The translations under genes and the position numbers were made by a program. Below are positions 52,450-64,000 of a stretch of DNA of 64,000 nt, one piece after another; position 1 is the first letter of the stretch, and the number at the start of each line of letters is the position of its first letter. Source of the DNA: Leucoraja ocellata (Eukaryota); the NCBI GenBank assembly GCA_036785375.1, contig JAWMAR010000210.1, forward strand, positions 1,426,001 to 1,490,000, read 5' to 3'. Under the pieces are notes generated by a model, which made no database searches, was not told the DNA's origin, and was given only the letters and a program-made list of their open reading frames with translations.

Positions 52450-53280
52450 ACTACGACACGACCATTGTGGGCCGGGTATCAAATAATGATGAGACGGAGA
52501 TTGAGAACCTCGTGTCCTGGTGTCGAGAAAACAACCTTTCTCTCAATGTCAGCAAGACAAAGGGGATCGTGATCGACTTCAGGAAGTGAAGTGGTACACA
52601 TACCCCAGTTTGCATTGACGGTGCCGAAGTAGAGATGGCTGAAAACTTCAATTGCCTAGGAGTCAATATCACCAACAACTTCTCCTGGACCACCCATATT
52701 GAAGCAATGAGCAAGAAAGCACACCTACACCTCAATTTCCTTAGAAGGCTTAGGAAGATCACCATATCCCCAAAAGCTCTCGCCAACTTCTATAGATGTG
52801 CCATTGAAAGCATTTTATCAGGATGTATCACAGCTTGGTTTGGGAACGGCTCCATCCAAGATCGCAAGAAATTGCAGCGAATTGACTCCATTTATACCTC
52901 ACGCTGCCTTGGCAAGGCCAGCAGCATAATCAAGGACGAGTCGCACCCCGGCCTCCTGTCTCCCATCGGGCAAAAGGTTTAGAAGTGTGAAAATGCACAC
53001 CTTCAGATTCAGGGACAGTTTCTTCCCAGTTGTTATCAGGCAACTGAATCATCCTACCAACAACTAGAGAGCAGTCCTGAACTACTATCTACCCCATCGG
53101 TGACTCTCGGACCACATTTGATCGGACTTTACTGGCTTTATCTAGCACTGAATGTTATTCCCGTATCTAACACTGTAAATGGCTTGATTGTAATCATGTA
53201 TTCCCTTTCTGCTGACTGGTTAGCACGCAACAAAGGTTTTCCACTGTACCCCGGTGCACGTGACAATAAACTAAACTGAC
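52450..53280 (+). mobile_element. Rex/Babar-type LINE 3' fragment
   Basis: WCRENNLSLNVSKTK...IDFRK, LGVNI...NFYRCAIESIL; TGACAATAAACTAAAC tail. Confidence 0.85.
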
Positions 53281-53664
53281 GGATAGTGAGGAACCGGTTG
53301 AGTTCAGCAATCCAGTTATTTCACTGCCATCCGTTAGAAAGCGCACAGGCTCACTCCGGTGAATCTGGTTAACTTCAGACATGCACCTCACCTTGTGCCT
53401 GGGCCAAGTGTTAACATCCATACACTTATCGTGTGCCAGGCCGAGTGTCAGCATCCATCCACTCACCACGAATGTTCATAGGACTGACTGGGATTCATCG
53501 TCTCACAGACAGTAGGATGGCAACATCACAGGATGGAATGGAAATTACCATAGACCAAGAAATGTTCAACAATTAGCAGGTCGGGCCCTGAGATTTACTC
53601 AAATTAATCCCATCCCAATTATTGTGTACACTGCAACCAGGTAACTGAAGGGGAAAGGTTCCAA

Positions 53665-53730
53665 GTTACGTAAAATCTGACTTGCGTTGGGTTCATGGGA
53701 CGTAACCCTTATGTAAGTCGGGGAGTGCCT
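53665..53730. mobile_element. Tigger/pogo-like terminal fragment
   Basis: ...GTAAGTCGGGAGTGCCTG|TA end; only one terminus seen. Confidence 0.45.
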
Positions 53731-53947
53731 GTAATCTAAATTGCCTTTAGACAATATTCATCAGTTAAATCAAGTTGTCCAGTAGATGTTATTTGTCGGA
53801 AAAACCTTTATGCTCATAACTCATCGCTGATAAAGTTTTAAATGTGTCACTGAAGATGACTATTTTTAGAACTGTTAAACAATGTTACAGATTTAAAGTG
53901 GATTAAATGTTCCAAGGAGAAATGATTGCATTTTTATTTTGGAATAG

Positions 53948-54094
53948 ATTACAGAGAGAGAGCTAAAACCAGGTGGAGCAAACATTCCTGTGGCAGAAAA
54001 AAACAAAAAAGAATACATTGAAAAGATGGTAAAATGGCGTATCGAGAGAGGTGTTGTACAGCAGACAGAGAGTTTGGTCCGAGGCTTCTATGAG
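53948..54094 (+). CDS. HECW2: HECW2 coding exon 8 in window (HECT)
   Basis: gaatag|ATT ACA...TAT GAG|gtaagg. Translates [49 protein letters not shown]. Confidence 0.96.
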
Positions 54095-54221
54095 GTAAGG
54101 ATAGCAGATGCCAAACACATTACTAGAAGGGGCTACCAAGACTAACATAGAATAGCCCTTATCAGAAGCCCTATCAGATTATCCCTTGATGGTCTAATGG
54201 TTCTTTATAATCTTTATGATT

Positions 54222-54810
54222 ATTTTTTTAAATAATATGTTTATTAGAAGCATGTACATATCATAATCAAAACACATTTAGTATATCAATCACATATTGT
54301 TAATAGATGGGATTCCAGCTATCAGAATAATAGGGATCCTCATTTATCAATTACATATTAACTCTGCTTCTATTTGTTTATTTATTTTTTAATAGACAGT
54401 GAGAAAGAAGAGAAAAAAACACGATAAAAAAGAATAGAATAAATTACCAATAATACAATTTTGGAGATAGGTCTGTAGATTATGAAACATAACTTCATCT
54501 AATCCTGGGTTCAAGCTTCAGTCACTTCCGTGCCAGACCTATTTACACTTTCAAAAAGTCAATAAATGGAGACCATATTCGAGCAAATAATTCTTGTTTG
54601 TCAATCAAGACAAGTCCAATTCTTTCCAAATGTAAGGTCTCCAACATCTCCATAATCCACATTTTAATTGTGGGGGTTGTTGGGCTTTTCCAAAATGTTA
54701 ATATTAATTTTTTCCCAGTTGTTATACTGTAATCAAGGAAGCTCCAGGTTGTTGTACGCAGGTTGTTTTCAGGATTTTGTGAAATCTTGTTCGGTATCTC
54801 CAAATGCTTC
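54222..54810 (-). mobile_element. L1-type LINE 3' fragment
   Basis: KKLILTFWKSPTTPTIKMW...LHLERI...FARIWSPFIDFL, then a T-rich tail on +. Confidence 0.75.
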
Positions 54811-55197
54811 GTATTAGTTGGATCAGTTTTCCAGTCCTTTTTTTGAAAATGAGAAAATAAATCTGCATATTCCTATGAACGAGAGGAAACAGAGAATATG
54901 GGAATCAGGGTTTGGAACTGAGAGACGATTGCTCATTCTTTCTGATGTACGAATTTTAAATGAAGTCACTTTTAGTCCAAAATCACTTTTAATAATAAAA
55001 TCTAAAGAATAATACTGGAAAATCAAGGGATAGTAATTGTTATAAATAAAAATATGCCTAATGGAGAAAATGAAGTTGTCTGTGTGATTTATAGTCGCTC
55101 TAGGTCTGGTCTAATTAAAACTCGTTGATTCCTTTTACACCAAAAGTAAGCTCCAATTGCAAATATGGGACAACTTTGAATTGTTAATTGATGTTAA

Positions 55198-55362
<165 letters not shown>

Positions 55363-55409
55363 TAATCAAACACAGTTACATCTAAGTATTTGGAAACAAC
55401 ACCTAATAA

Positions 55410-55523
<114 letters not shown>

Positions 55524-55602
55524 TAAAATCAATGACACTGGATACTATACTAAACAGTTGCGTTACCCACTAATAGTACTAACTACTTCATTTCTTTGTT
55601 AG

Positions 55603-55716
<114 letters not shown>

Positions 55717-56202
55717 TAGGAGCAAAATAAAATAGTCATTGCTTCCTATCAATTACTGCTACAGAGTGGTAATAATGTACGATGGCATATGGTTTGTTTT
55801 GATGACGGTGAAGTACATTTTTTGTTTTTGGATTGGACAAGATCACAAATAATTTTCGAAAATAACTAGATTTATTTTTGCATTACATTCTGAAGTGCCT
55901 AAAAGGGGCTGCTTGACATCATCCTTGTTGGAACGATTTTTCATTGAGAAAGGATTTTACTTTTTCCATCAATTTTCACAACCGGCCTTTCGAAAAATAT
56001 TTTTCACCCTTTGAACTAAGCTAAACTACATATTTTTAAACATTGTTTTAAATACATGGCAGGCTTTGTTGATATACCTTCTTTGATGTAGAGCATAAGG
56101 AACTCAATTTTGAAGCATGTTGAGTAACTTTGAATAAACAGATAGATGAAAGAGAGAGGAATTAATGGAAAGGACAGGTAAGCTTCATTTGATCGTCTAG
56201 TC

Positions 56203-56644
56203 CAGTGGTTCCCAACCTTTTTTGGCCATGCCCCACCTAATCACCTCTAAAATCCTGATGCCCCCCCCCTTGCTTTCCCTTGAGAAGAAACGGAGGAGAT
56301 AGATATTATAAGGGTAACTTAGCAAAAGCTCTTTGAATCGCATTTCGAAATACAATTCAATAAATAAGGTTCTCCCATGACCTCGCGCGCTTCGTGCGAC
56401 GTGCATGAAGTGCAATGGCGCGGTGATTATGTAATAACTACCCAATAAAGACCTTTTTTACCCCAAAAAAATTATTTACTCAAAATAACATCTGAAACAT
56501 AAACTACATATGTTTACCTGATGGAAAATCCAAAAAAAATAAAAATCAAAAATTTGGACCAGACCTCCTCAGTCGCGCTCAATTGCCCCCCTTAAAAATC
56601 AAATTGCCCCCCTGTGGGGCGTACGCCCACGTTGGGAACCACTG
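56203..56644. mobile_element. hAT (Charlie-type) MITE
   Basis: TIRs CAGTGGTTCCCAAC / GTTGGGAACCACTG. Perfect TSD GTCTAGTC (56195-56202, 56645-56652). Confidence 0.93.
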
Positions 56645-56892
56645 GTCTAGTCCTTTAACTGTCTGAAATAGGACACTTCCCGATATCTGGAATCATCATT
56701 ACCCTTTGGTAGTTGTGCTTCAGCTACTAAACCCCTTAACATTGGAATTCCTTTCTCAATTTTCCACTACTGTATTTAACTTTTTCTTTACATCCTTTTT
56801 ATGCTGATTTTTGTTTGGTTTTCTTCTCTGATATTCTTTTGTGGCTTGATTTCAAATTTGATTTCACATTCTCCATCAAAGTGCCTTGGGAT

Positions 56893-57295
56893 GTCAAGTC
56901 AAGTTTATTCGTCACATACACATACGAGATGTGCAGTGAAATGAAAAGTGGCAATGCTCGCAGACTTTATGCAAAAAGGCAAACAAACAAACTACAAACG
57001 GAATGGAACAGAATCACATATTCTTTTAAATATTAAATATTGTGGGCGGAAGGAAAAAAGGGAAAAAAACAGCAATTTTAAAAAAAGCAGTAGAGTGGTA
57101 CAGTAAAGTTAGTCCCTGGTGATGTAGGAGTTTACAGTCCTAATGGCCTCTGGAAGAAACTCCGTCTCAACCTCTCCGTTCTCATAGCATGGCAACGGAG
57201 GTGTTTGCCTGAACGTAGCAGCTGGAAAAGTCCGTTCCAGGGGTGGAAGGGGTCTCCATGATCTTATTGGCTAGGTGTAATACCTCCTGATGTAT
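56893..57295 (-). mobile_element. LINE 3' end (Rex/Babar-like)
   Basis: (GTCAA)n-GTTTATT tail on +; decayed CYENGEVET/RTERLRR-like end. Confidence 0.6.
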
Positions 57296-57701
57296 AGTTT
57301 TGCTAGTTTAATTGATTTGTTGTTATTGCTGATGGATGCATTTTAAGGCATCAACAAATGAGATGATGCAGATTGTGAGGAGAGGAGAACTAACCTGGAA
57401 ATTCTATTGGCATGTCCTAAGATAGATATACGCCGCACATTTCTGCCACAAAATAAAATCTAGGCATCTATGGAGTTATGGAATTGGAATCTTTACAGAA
57501 TGAGGTGTTCTCAAGAGTTGAAGCTTATTTCAGTATAACTGAATGGGAACTTGGTTGAATGGGGCCATCCTTTGTGCTCTGAGTCCCAGAGCTGATTTCA
57601 CATGTGTACCTTAAGTTAATAGCTCGCTGACTACAGCTGCCTCTGAGCTATCATCTCCACCCTGAAAAAAACTATGCACAAATAACAGGGATTACAGAGA
57701 A

Positions 57702-57998
57702 GGGCAGCACAGTGGCACAACTGGTAGAGCTGCTGCCTCATAGCCATAGACCAGTGTTCTGTCCGTGTGGAATCTGCACTGTGACCGCATTGTTTTCTCT
57801 AGATGCTCCGCGTTCTTCCCTCATCTCAAAGATGTGCGGGTTTGTAGTTAATTGGTCTCTGCAAGTTGCCCCTAGTTTGTAGGGAGTGGATGTGAAAGTG
57901 GGATAATATAAAACTGGTGTGAATGGCTGATTGATGGTCAGTGTGGACTCAGTGGTCAGAAGGGCCAGTTCTATGCTGTATCTCTAAAACTAAAACTA
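57702..57998 (+). mobile_element. HE1/V-SINE
   Basis: GGGCAGCACAGTGGCAC...CTGTATCTCTAAAACTAAAACTAAA. Confidence 0.85.
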
Positions 57999-58884
57999 AA
58001 AAAAACTGCCCACATCCTACCTACATGTGACTCAACCCTATGTCCCCTAACCCAGCAGATAATCATGACGTTATTCTGCCTCTCTTCTTGATGCTCTGGT
58101 TGATTGTGCGAGCACCATTTCTTTTCAGCTGTATACAGACCCCATGCCTTAAGGTCTGAAAGTGTCAGCCCCTTGTAATTTGTCTGCTAAATGCAATGCT
58201 TGCAGATGCCCAACACTAGATGGTGTTGATGAATAAGGATGTAGATGAGTTCAAGTCTACTATATCATTTCTGTTTGGGAGTAGGGTGTAGAATATATTT
58301 GAAACATGGATTCATCTGTGAGAAATAAGCTATTCAGTTCAATATGCTATTTCTAAATACTGCTAAATCTGAAAAATTGTCATCTGTACTCAAAGGAAGC
58401 ATTAGATTTGTACACCACAGATTTTCAGTCATACGTAATATCATAAACTCTTTTGTGCTTCAACAGGTAGCTATCAAATAGATCAAAATCAGTCTGCGGA
58501 AAGTTTTATCCAATCTTAAAGATGGTAATAAACATCAAAATATGGACATAAAATGATGAGCTATTCCCATTCATGACACCTGCAAACCAGAAGTGAATAT
58601 TAAGGAAGAAAGCTTTGTTGCATATAATTTATTTTAGGTAGAAAAAGCATTTCCTTGTGGATTTAATATCAGTATACATGGAAACAGATATTTTAATAAA
58701 CATTCTTATTTGCAAAGTGAGAAACTCATAATATTATGAGAACTCATAAATGTGCTTTTAACAAATAACTCCCAAAGGTTTGTTCCTAGGTTAATATAGT
58801 ATGGAATGTGATAACTGATCCAACTCGTGTGACATAGCCACTTGCAACACTGCTACAAAAACAAAACTGTGATTACAATTTGGG

Positions 58885-60270
58885 CCACTTTTTAAAAAAA
58901 TATACTCTTTTATTGGCATTCCACAGCAAACACATTTCCATAAAACGGGTTTCAGGTATAATGCTATGTGTATACATCATCCACTTATGTTGGTCTTGAA
59001 TTGCCTCTTTTTGAAATTTGTACAAACAAATATAGAAACAGGAACACAATAAAAACTCCAAGCACTTGGGGAGTGATCCTTTCTTTACCATATAATCAAA
59101 AAATTGTAAAAATAAAGTCTGGCCTCTGAGGCGTTACATAGTTAACCCAGTTTTCCCAGCCGTACACAAATAAATCCAGTTTAAAGTTAACATATGCTGT
59201 TATTTTCTCCATTTTATAAATGTCCATTGTGATGTCCATCTATGCATTCAGAGTTGGGCTCTCCTGTGATAACCATTTCTTTGTGAGATCTTTTTTACCA
59301 GCTACCATCAATATATTCAGAAAGTATTTGTCTTTTTTCCGCCAGTCTTCAGGTATGTCCAAAAAACATGGTCATACTCTCCAGGGGCACATGACATCTA
59401 AAAATGTCTTGTAAGGCATCATGTAACTCTCTCCAAAAATCTTTAATAACAGGGCAATCCCAGAGAACATGGTAATGATCTACCTTTTAAAATTCCACAT
59501 TTTCTCCAGCAAACTGGAGAGTTCCCACTGTAATGGGCTTTCTGAAAAGTGGTAATAAAATACCGTATCAGACTTTTCCAACTAAACCCCCTCTAGTTTT
59601 GTAAGCTGGTACACTCCATTGATTTCAAAACTTAACAGTGTTCCTTCTTTCATTATGTTACAAAGAGCAGTTATGCCTTTAACTGTCCACTCTTTAAACC
59701 TACTATCTAATTTATTGGGAGTAAAGTCTGTGTCATATGCGCACCATTTAAGGATTGTAATGTCTTCTTCTAAATTATACTCTGTTATAACTGTTTTCCA
59801 TATTTTAAGAGTCAATTTTACCCAAGGATTTTCAATAGCATTTATATAGTCTTGGAGGTTGCATTCAGCTATGATCGCTTGTACAGGAATGGCGAGTGTT
59901 CTCTCTTCAATATTTTGCCATTGAGCATCATATGATGGGTTGCACCAGCATATCATAGGTCTTAAATGTGCTGCCTGCTAATAGTCTTAGAAAGAGGGTA
60001 GACCCATCCCCCCCCCCCCTTTAATTTCATTAACTGTAAGGTTTTAAGATGGGTCCCAGGCCTTTTACCTTGCCATATTTATCTTGACAATATTTTGTCC
60101 TTCTTTAAATTGTTGTTGGTTAATCTCTATTTCTAGGGTCTGAAATAAATATAAGTCTTGGCAATGTTCATTTAAATAGATTCAATTCTCGAGCTGAGCC
60201 TTAAGAAAGGAATTAGGTTCCATCTAGCTATATCCTCCTTAATTTTTTGGTGTAGAGGTGAATAGTTGCA
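58885..60270 (-). mobile_element. Decayed L1-type LINE ORF2 3' region
   Basis: NPWVKLTLKIW...FKEWTVKGITAL...LLSFE peptides and a decayed HVLWDCP zinc-knuckle region. Confidence 0.78.
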
Positions 60271-60384
60271 TTCTGACAAAGGCGAAACCTTCCTTGTTGT
60301 TCCTTGAATGACGCCTTTAGAACTTTGATATTTAATTCAACTAGCAGACAATGCCTTCTGAAGAACTTCTCCCTACAATAGGGA

Positions 60385-60708
60385 GGTAGACAAAAATGCT
60401 GGAGAAACTCAGCGGGTAAGGCAGCATCTATGGAGAGAAGGAATAGGCGACGTTTCACATTGATTTCTCCAATTTCAGATAGTCCTGGCTTTCTCCCTCC
60501 TTCCCCTCCCTTCCCAGCTCTCCCGCAAGCCTACTGTCTCGCCTCTTCCTTTCTTTTTCCTGCTCCCCCCCAACATCAAGTCTGAAGAAGTTACAGACCC
60601 AAAACGTTGCCTATTCCTTCTCTCCATAGTTGCTGCCTCACCCGCTGAGTTTCTCCAGCATTATTTTCAACCTTCGATTTTTCCAGCATCTGCAGTTCTT
60701 TCTTAAAC
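60385..60708. mobile_element. Inverted PLE terminal fragments
   Basis: GGTAGACAAAAATGCTGGAGAAACTCAGCGGG... and its inverse ...CCCGCTGAGTTTCTCCAGC; damaged hammerhead at ~60582-60608. Confidence 0.75.
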
Positions 60709-61454
60709 CTACAATCGGGAAGTGCCTTTGTATTAGAACACAGAAGACAAAGTGGAGAACAGGGATTCATGCCTGCTGATTCATAAAACAATGATATCTA
60801 CATAAGCATATGCTGTTGCATGTATCTTAGATGGGGTTGCAGGTATCCAAGATGGGAAACCAAAGTGTGAGCAATAAATCCCCATAATATGTACTCAAAT
60901 ACGACTATTTTGCCAACCATGTCAAATATCACATGCCCTGTCTGAGCATTGAAATTAAATAATTGTATCCTGCTAGTGGATCTTACATGTGGAATTAACG
61001 TAGACATGAGTGAGCCACCTCCCCGCTCCCCCATTTTACAGCCAGCATCCGTGATCTAGGGAGAATTGACTATTCCTCATTTCACCCCACAGGAACTACA
61101 TCATTTAGTTCAGATTACACAAATTGAAACTTATCATCACATTTGCAATACTATTTACCCGTGCACATTCATAAAGTTAAAAAGACGCATCAACAGAAGA
61201 CTGATTCTAATTGAATAATTTACTGCAATGGAAACTTAGGAAATTCCATGTTTATTCAGCAAAAAAAAAAAAAGAAATGCAAAGACAGTTTATTTTTATT
61301 TGTGGATATTTAAACTAATCCCCAATGAATTTTATCAGTATAAATGTGACGTAATATTTTTTCAACACCATTAATTCAAAATTATGTTGGGCATTCTGCA
61401 TGTTCTGTGCTGAAAAAAATTAGGAATAATTAATTGAGCAAATGATAAGAGTAT

Positions 61455-62480
61455 GAACAAGGAGTTGCAGATAGATGTTGGTTGATACACAAAATGACAC
61501 AAAGTGCTGGAGTAACTCAGCCAGTATCTCTGGAGAACATGAATAAGTGACGTTTCGAGTCAAGACCCTTCTTCAGACTGATTGTAGGAGGGTAGGTGAA
61601 AGCCACCTAAGGTTGGAGACAGAACAAAGCATAACTGGCAACCAGCCGATGCAAGGGGTGCGGGGGGGGGGGGGGGGGGGGGGGGTGTTTGATAGACAGA
61701 TGGTTGGAACAAAGGCCAGAGATAAAAACAGGTGAGATAGGGTTGAAGAGTAGTAAATTGCAAACCCAGAGGGCAGAAAATATCAGGAGGGGCAATATAG
61801 ATGGGTCTAGGTGGGGAGCAGCGTGGGATGTGGGGGAAGAAAAATGAGGATGTGGGACAAAAGGGGGGGAAGGTTGTGGGGGGGTTTAGTATGTTACCTA
61901 AAATTAGTGAAATCAGTGTTCATACCCAAGCAGAAAATGTGGTGCTGTTTCCCCAGTTTGCATGGCAATGGAGAAAGCCCAGTGTAGAGAGTTCAGTATG
62001 GAAATGGAAAGGGGAGATTTAGCAACCGGGAAATCCGATGGACCCTACGGGACAGTGAGCAAGTGTTCAGTGAAATGGTCGCCGAGTCTACGCTTGTTCT
62101 TGCCGATATACAAGAGGCCACATATGGAACACTGGATGCAGTATATAAGGTTAGAAGAAGTGCATGTGAACCTCTTAGGGCCTGTCCCAATTGCCGATTT
62201 TTTTTGGCGACTGCTAGCGTCATATCAGTGTCGCCAAAATATTTTGAACATTTCAAAATCCAACGGTGACAAAAAAAATCTTGCGACACTTGAAAAACAC
62301 ACCGCGTCACCGCCGCAAATTTTTTGGTGACCTGATGCCAGTTCAATGAAGCCGCCGGTCGCCGAAAAAATTGGCAAGTGGCCGTTATCTCACCTGGAAG
62401 GACTGCTGAGTTCCCTGGATGGAGAAGGTATAGGGTCATGTATTACATCTCCTGCGGTTGCAGGGCAAAATACCTAGCAG
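61455..62480 (-). mobile_element. Neptune-type Penelope-like element 3' part (Cys linker, GIY-YIG, hammerhead)
   Basis: Minus-strand translation GILPCNRRRCNT*P...RFTCTSSNLIYCIQCSICGLLYIGKNKRRLGDHFTEH. Hammerhead core at 61549-61576 (-). Confidence 0.85.
62178..62384. mobile_element. Harbinger-like MITE nested in the PLE
   Basis: Left TIR GGGCCTGTCCCAATTGCCGATTTTT; damaged right TIR AAAAATTGGCAAGTGG. TTA duplicated at 62175-62177 and 62385-62387. Confidence 0.78.
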
Positions 62481-62669
62481 GGGGTGGTTTGGGTGGGAAG
62501 GGATCAGTGCATCAAGGAGGTGTGGAGTTAAACACATTAATTATTCATGTTGAGATACTTTATGTATATTTTAACTAAAAACTGTCAGGGAATTTAAACA
62601 GATACAATTTACTCAAAAGCTGTTATTGTATCTTAAAAACATTTTGCTGGCTTTTTGTATTATAATTTA

Positions 62670-63373
62670 AGACCTGGGTGTCATGGTACACCAGTCATTG
62701 AAAGTAGGCATGCAAGTGCAGCAGGCAGTGAAGAAAGCGAATGGTAAGTTAGCTTTCATAGCAAAAGGATTTGAGTATAGGAACAGGGAGGTTCTACTGC
62801 AGTTGTACAGGGTCTTGGCGAGGCCACACCTGGAGTATTGCGTACAGTTTTGGTCTCCAAATCTGAGGAAGGACATTATTGCCATAGAGGGAGTGCAGAG
62901 AAGGTTCACCAGACTGATTCCTGGGATGTCAGGACTGTCTTATGAAGAAAAACTGGATAGACTTGGTTTATACTCTCTAGAATTTAGGAGATTGAGAGGG
63001 GATCTTATAGAAACTTACAAAATTCTTAAGGGGTTGGACAGGCTAGATGCAGGAAGATTGGGGTCACGGGGTCACAGCTTAAGGATAAGATGGAAATCCG
63101 TTAAAACCGAGATGAGAAGAACTTTTTTCACACAGAGAGTGGTGAATCTCTGGAACTCTCTGCTGCAGAGGGTAGTCGAGGCCAGTTCATTGGCTATATT
63201 TAAGAGGGAGTTAGATGTGGCCCTTGTGGCTAAGGGGATCAGAGGGTATGGAGAGAAGGCAGGTACGGGATACTAAGTTGGATGATCAGCCATGATCATA
63301 TTGAATGGCGGTGCAGGCTCGAAGGGCCGAATGGCCTACTCCTGCACCTAATTTCTATGTTTCTATGTTTCTA
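62670..63373 (+). mobile_element. Young CR1 3' fragment
   Basis: 197-aa open ORF2 end plus (CTATGTTT)n tail. Confidence 0.94.
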
Positions 63374-63807
63374 AGTTATTCACAAATACTCATACAAACT
63401 TTACTACTACATTGAACTTTGTGAATTTTGGATTTCATAAGACCATCAAATAAAACATGTCAAATGCTTTAACATACTTTGTGTAAGAAAGTCTGAGAAC
63501 ATTGAACGTGACTATGGTAACAGCACAAAAGGAGACCATGTGGCTCTTTGTATCCAAGCTGGTATTCTTCAAAATCAGTTCAGCTGTTTTTTTTGCATTA
63601 TTTTTAACAGTGCTGATCTAATTTCCTTTTAAAAGTCAGAATTGGTTTGGGGCTTCATTACTTTGCACTGCACTGCATTTGATATGTTATTCACTCACTG
63701 CTTATAAAGTTTTTCCTCATGTCACCATTGATTATTTTACCAATCACCTTAAGTCTATGTCCTCTGGTTCTTGAGTCCTCCACTACAGGGAATAATTTCT
63801 ATCTGGT

Positions 63808-64000
63808 CTGTTTAGTTTAGTTTAGAGATATAGCGCGGAAACAGGCTATTCGGCCCAGCGAGTCCACTCCAACCAGCAATCATCCCGTACATAGCTCTGT
63901 CCTACACACTAGGGACAATTTACAATCTTTACTGAAGCCAATTAACCTACAAATTGTGGGAGGAAACAAGAGCACCCAGGAAAAACCCACGTGGTCACAG
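63808..64000 (-). mobile_element. HE1/V-SINE 3' part (runs off the window)
   Basis: TTTAGTTTAGTTTAGAGATATAGCGCGGAAACAGG...GCCAATTAACCTAC. Confidence 0.85.

Overview
Eukaryotic genomic DNA, most likely from a cartilaginous fish (skate/ray-like), judged from the HE1/V-SINE and CR1 (HER1-like) repeat content. The window lies inside one + strand gene, the NEDD4-family HECT E3 ligase HECW2 (NEDL2). Eleven internal coding exons (526-55715; 1272 nt; all GT-AG and phase-consistent) encode the pre-HECT region and most of the HECT domain. The upstream exons and the final exon with the catalytic Cys were not found in the window. Almost all ORF-track entries are intronic transposon debris: CR1 LINEs (one near full length), Rex/Babar, L2, L1, tRNA-derived SINEs, Neptune-type Penelope-like elements (PLEs), a Charlie/Buster hAT fossil, hAT and Harbinger-like MITEs, a non-autonomous Helitron and a solo LTR. 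The most unusual signals are RNA-level. (1) A ~125-nt retroelement 3' end at 39903-40023 (minus strand) holds a complete hammerhead core with its three strands in a non-standard, pseudoknotted order. (2) PLE repeats carry dispersed minimal hammerhead motifs, some on the HECW2 pre-mRNA strand. All calls were made by eye, and repeat boundaries are approximate unless TSDs are quoted.
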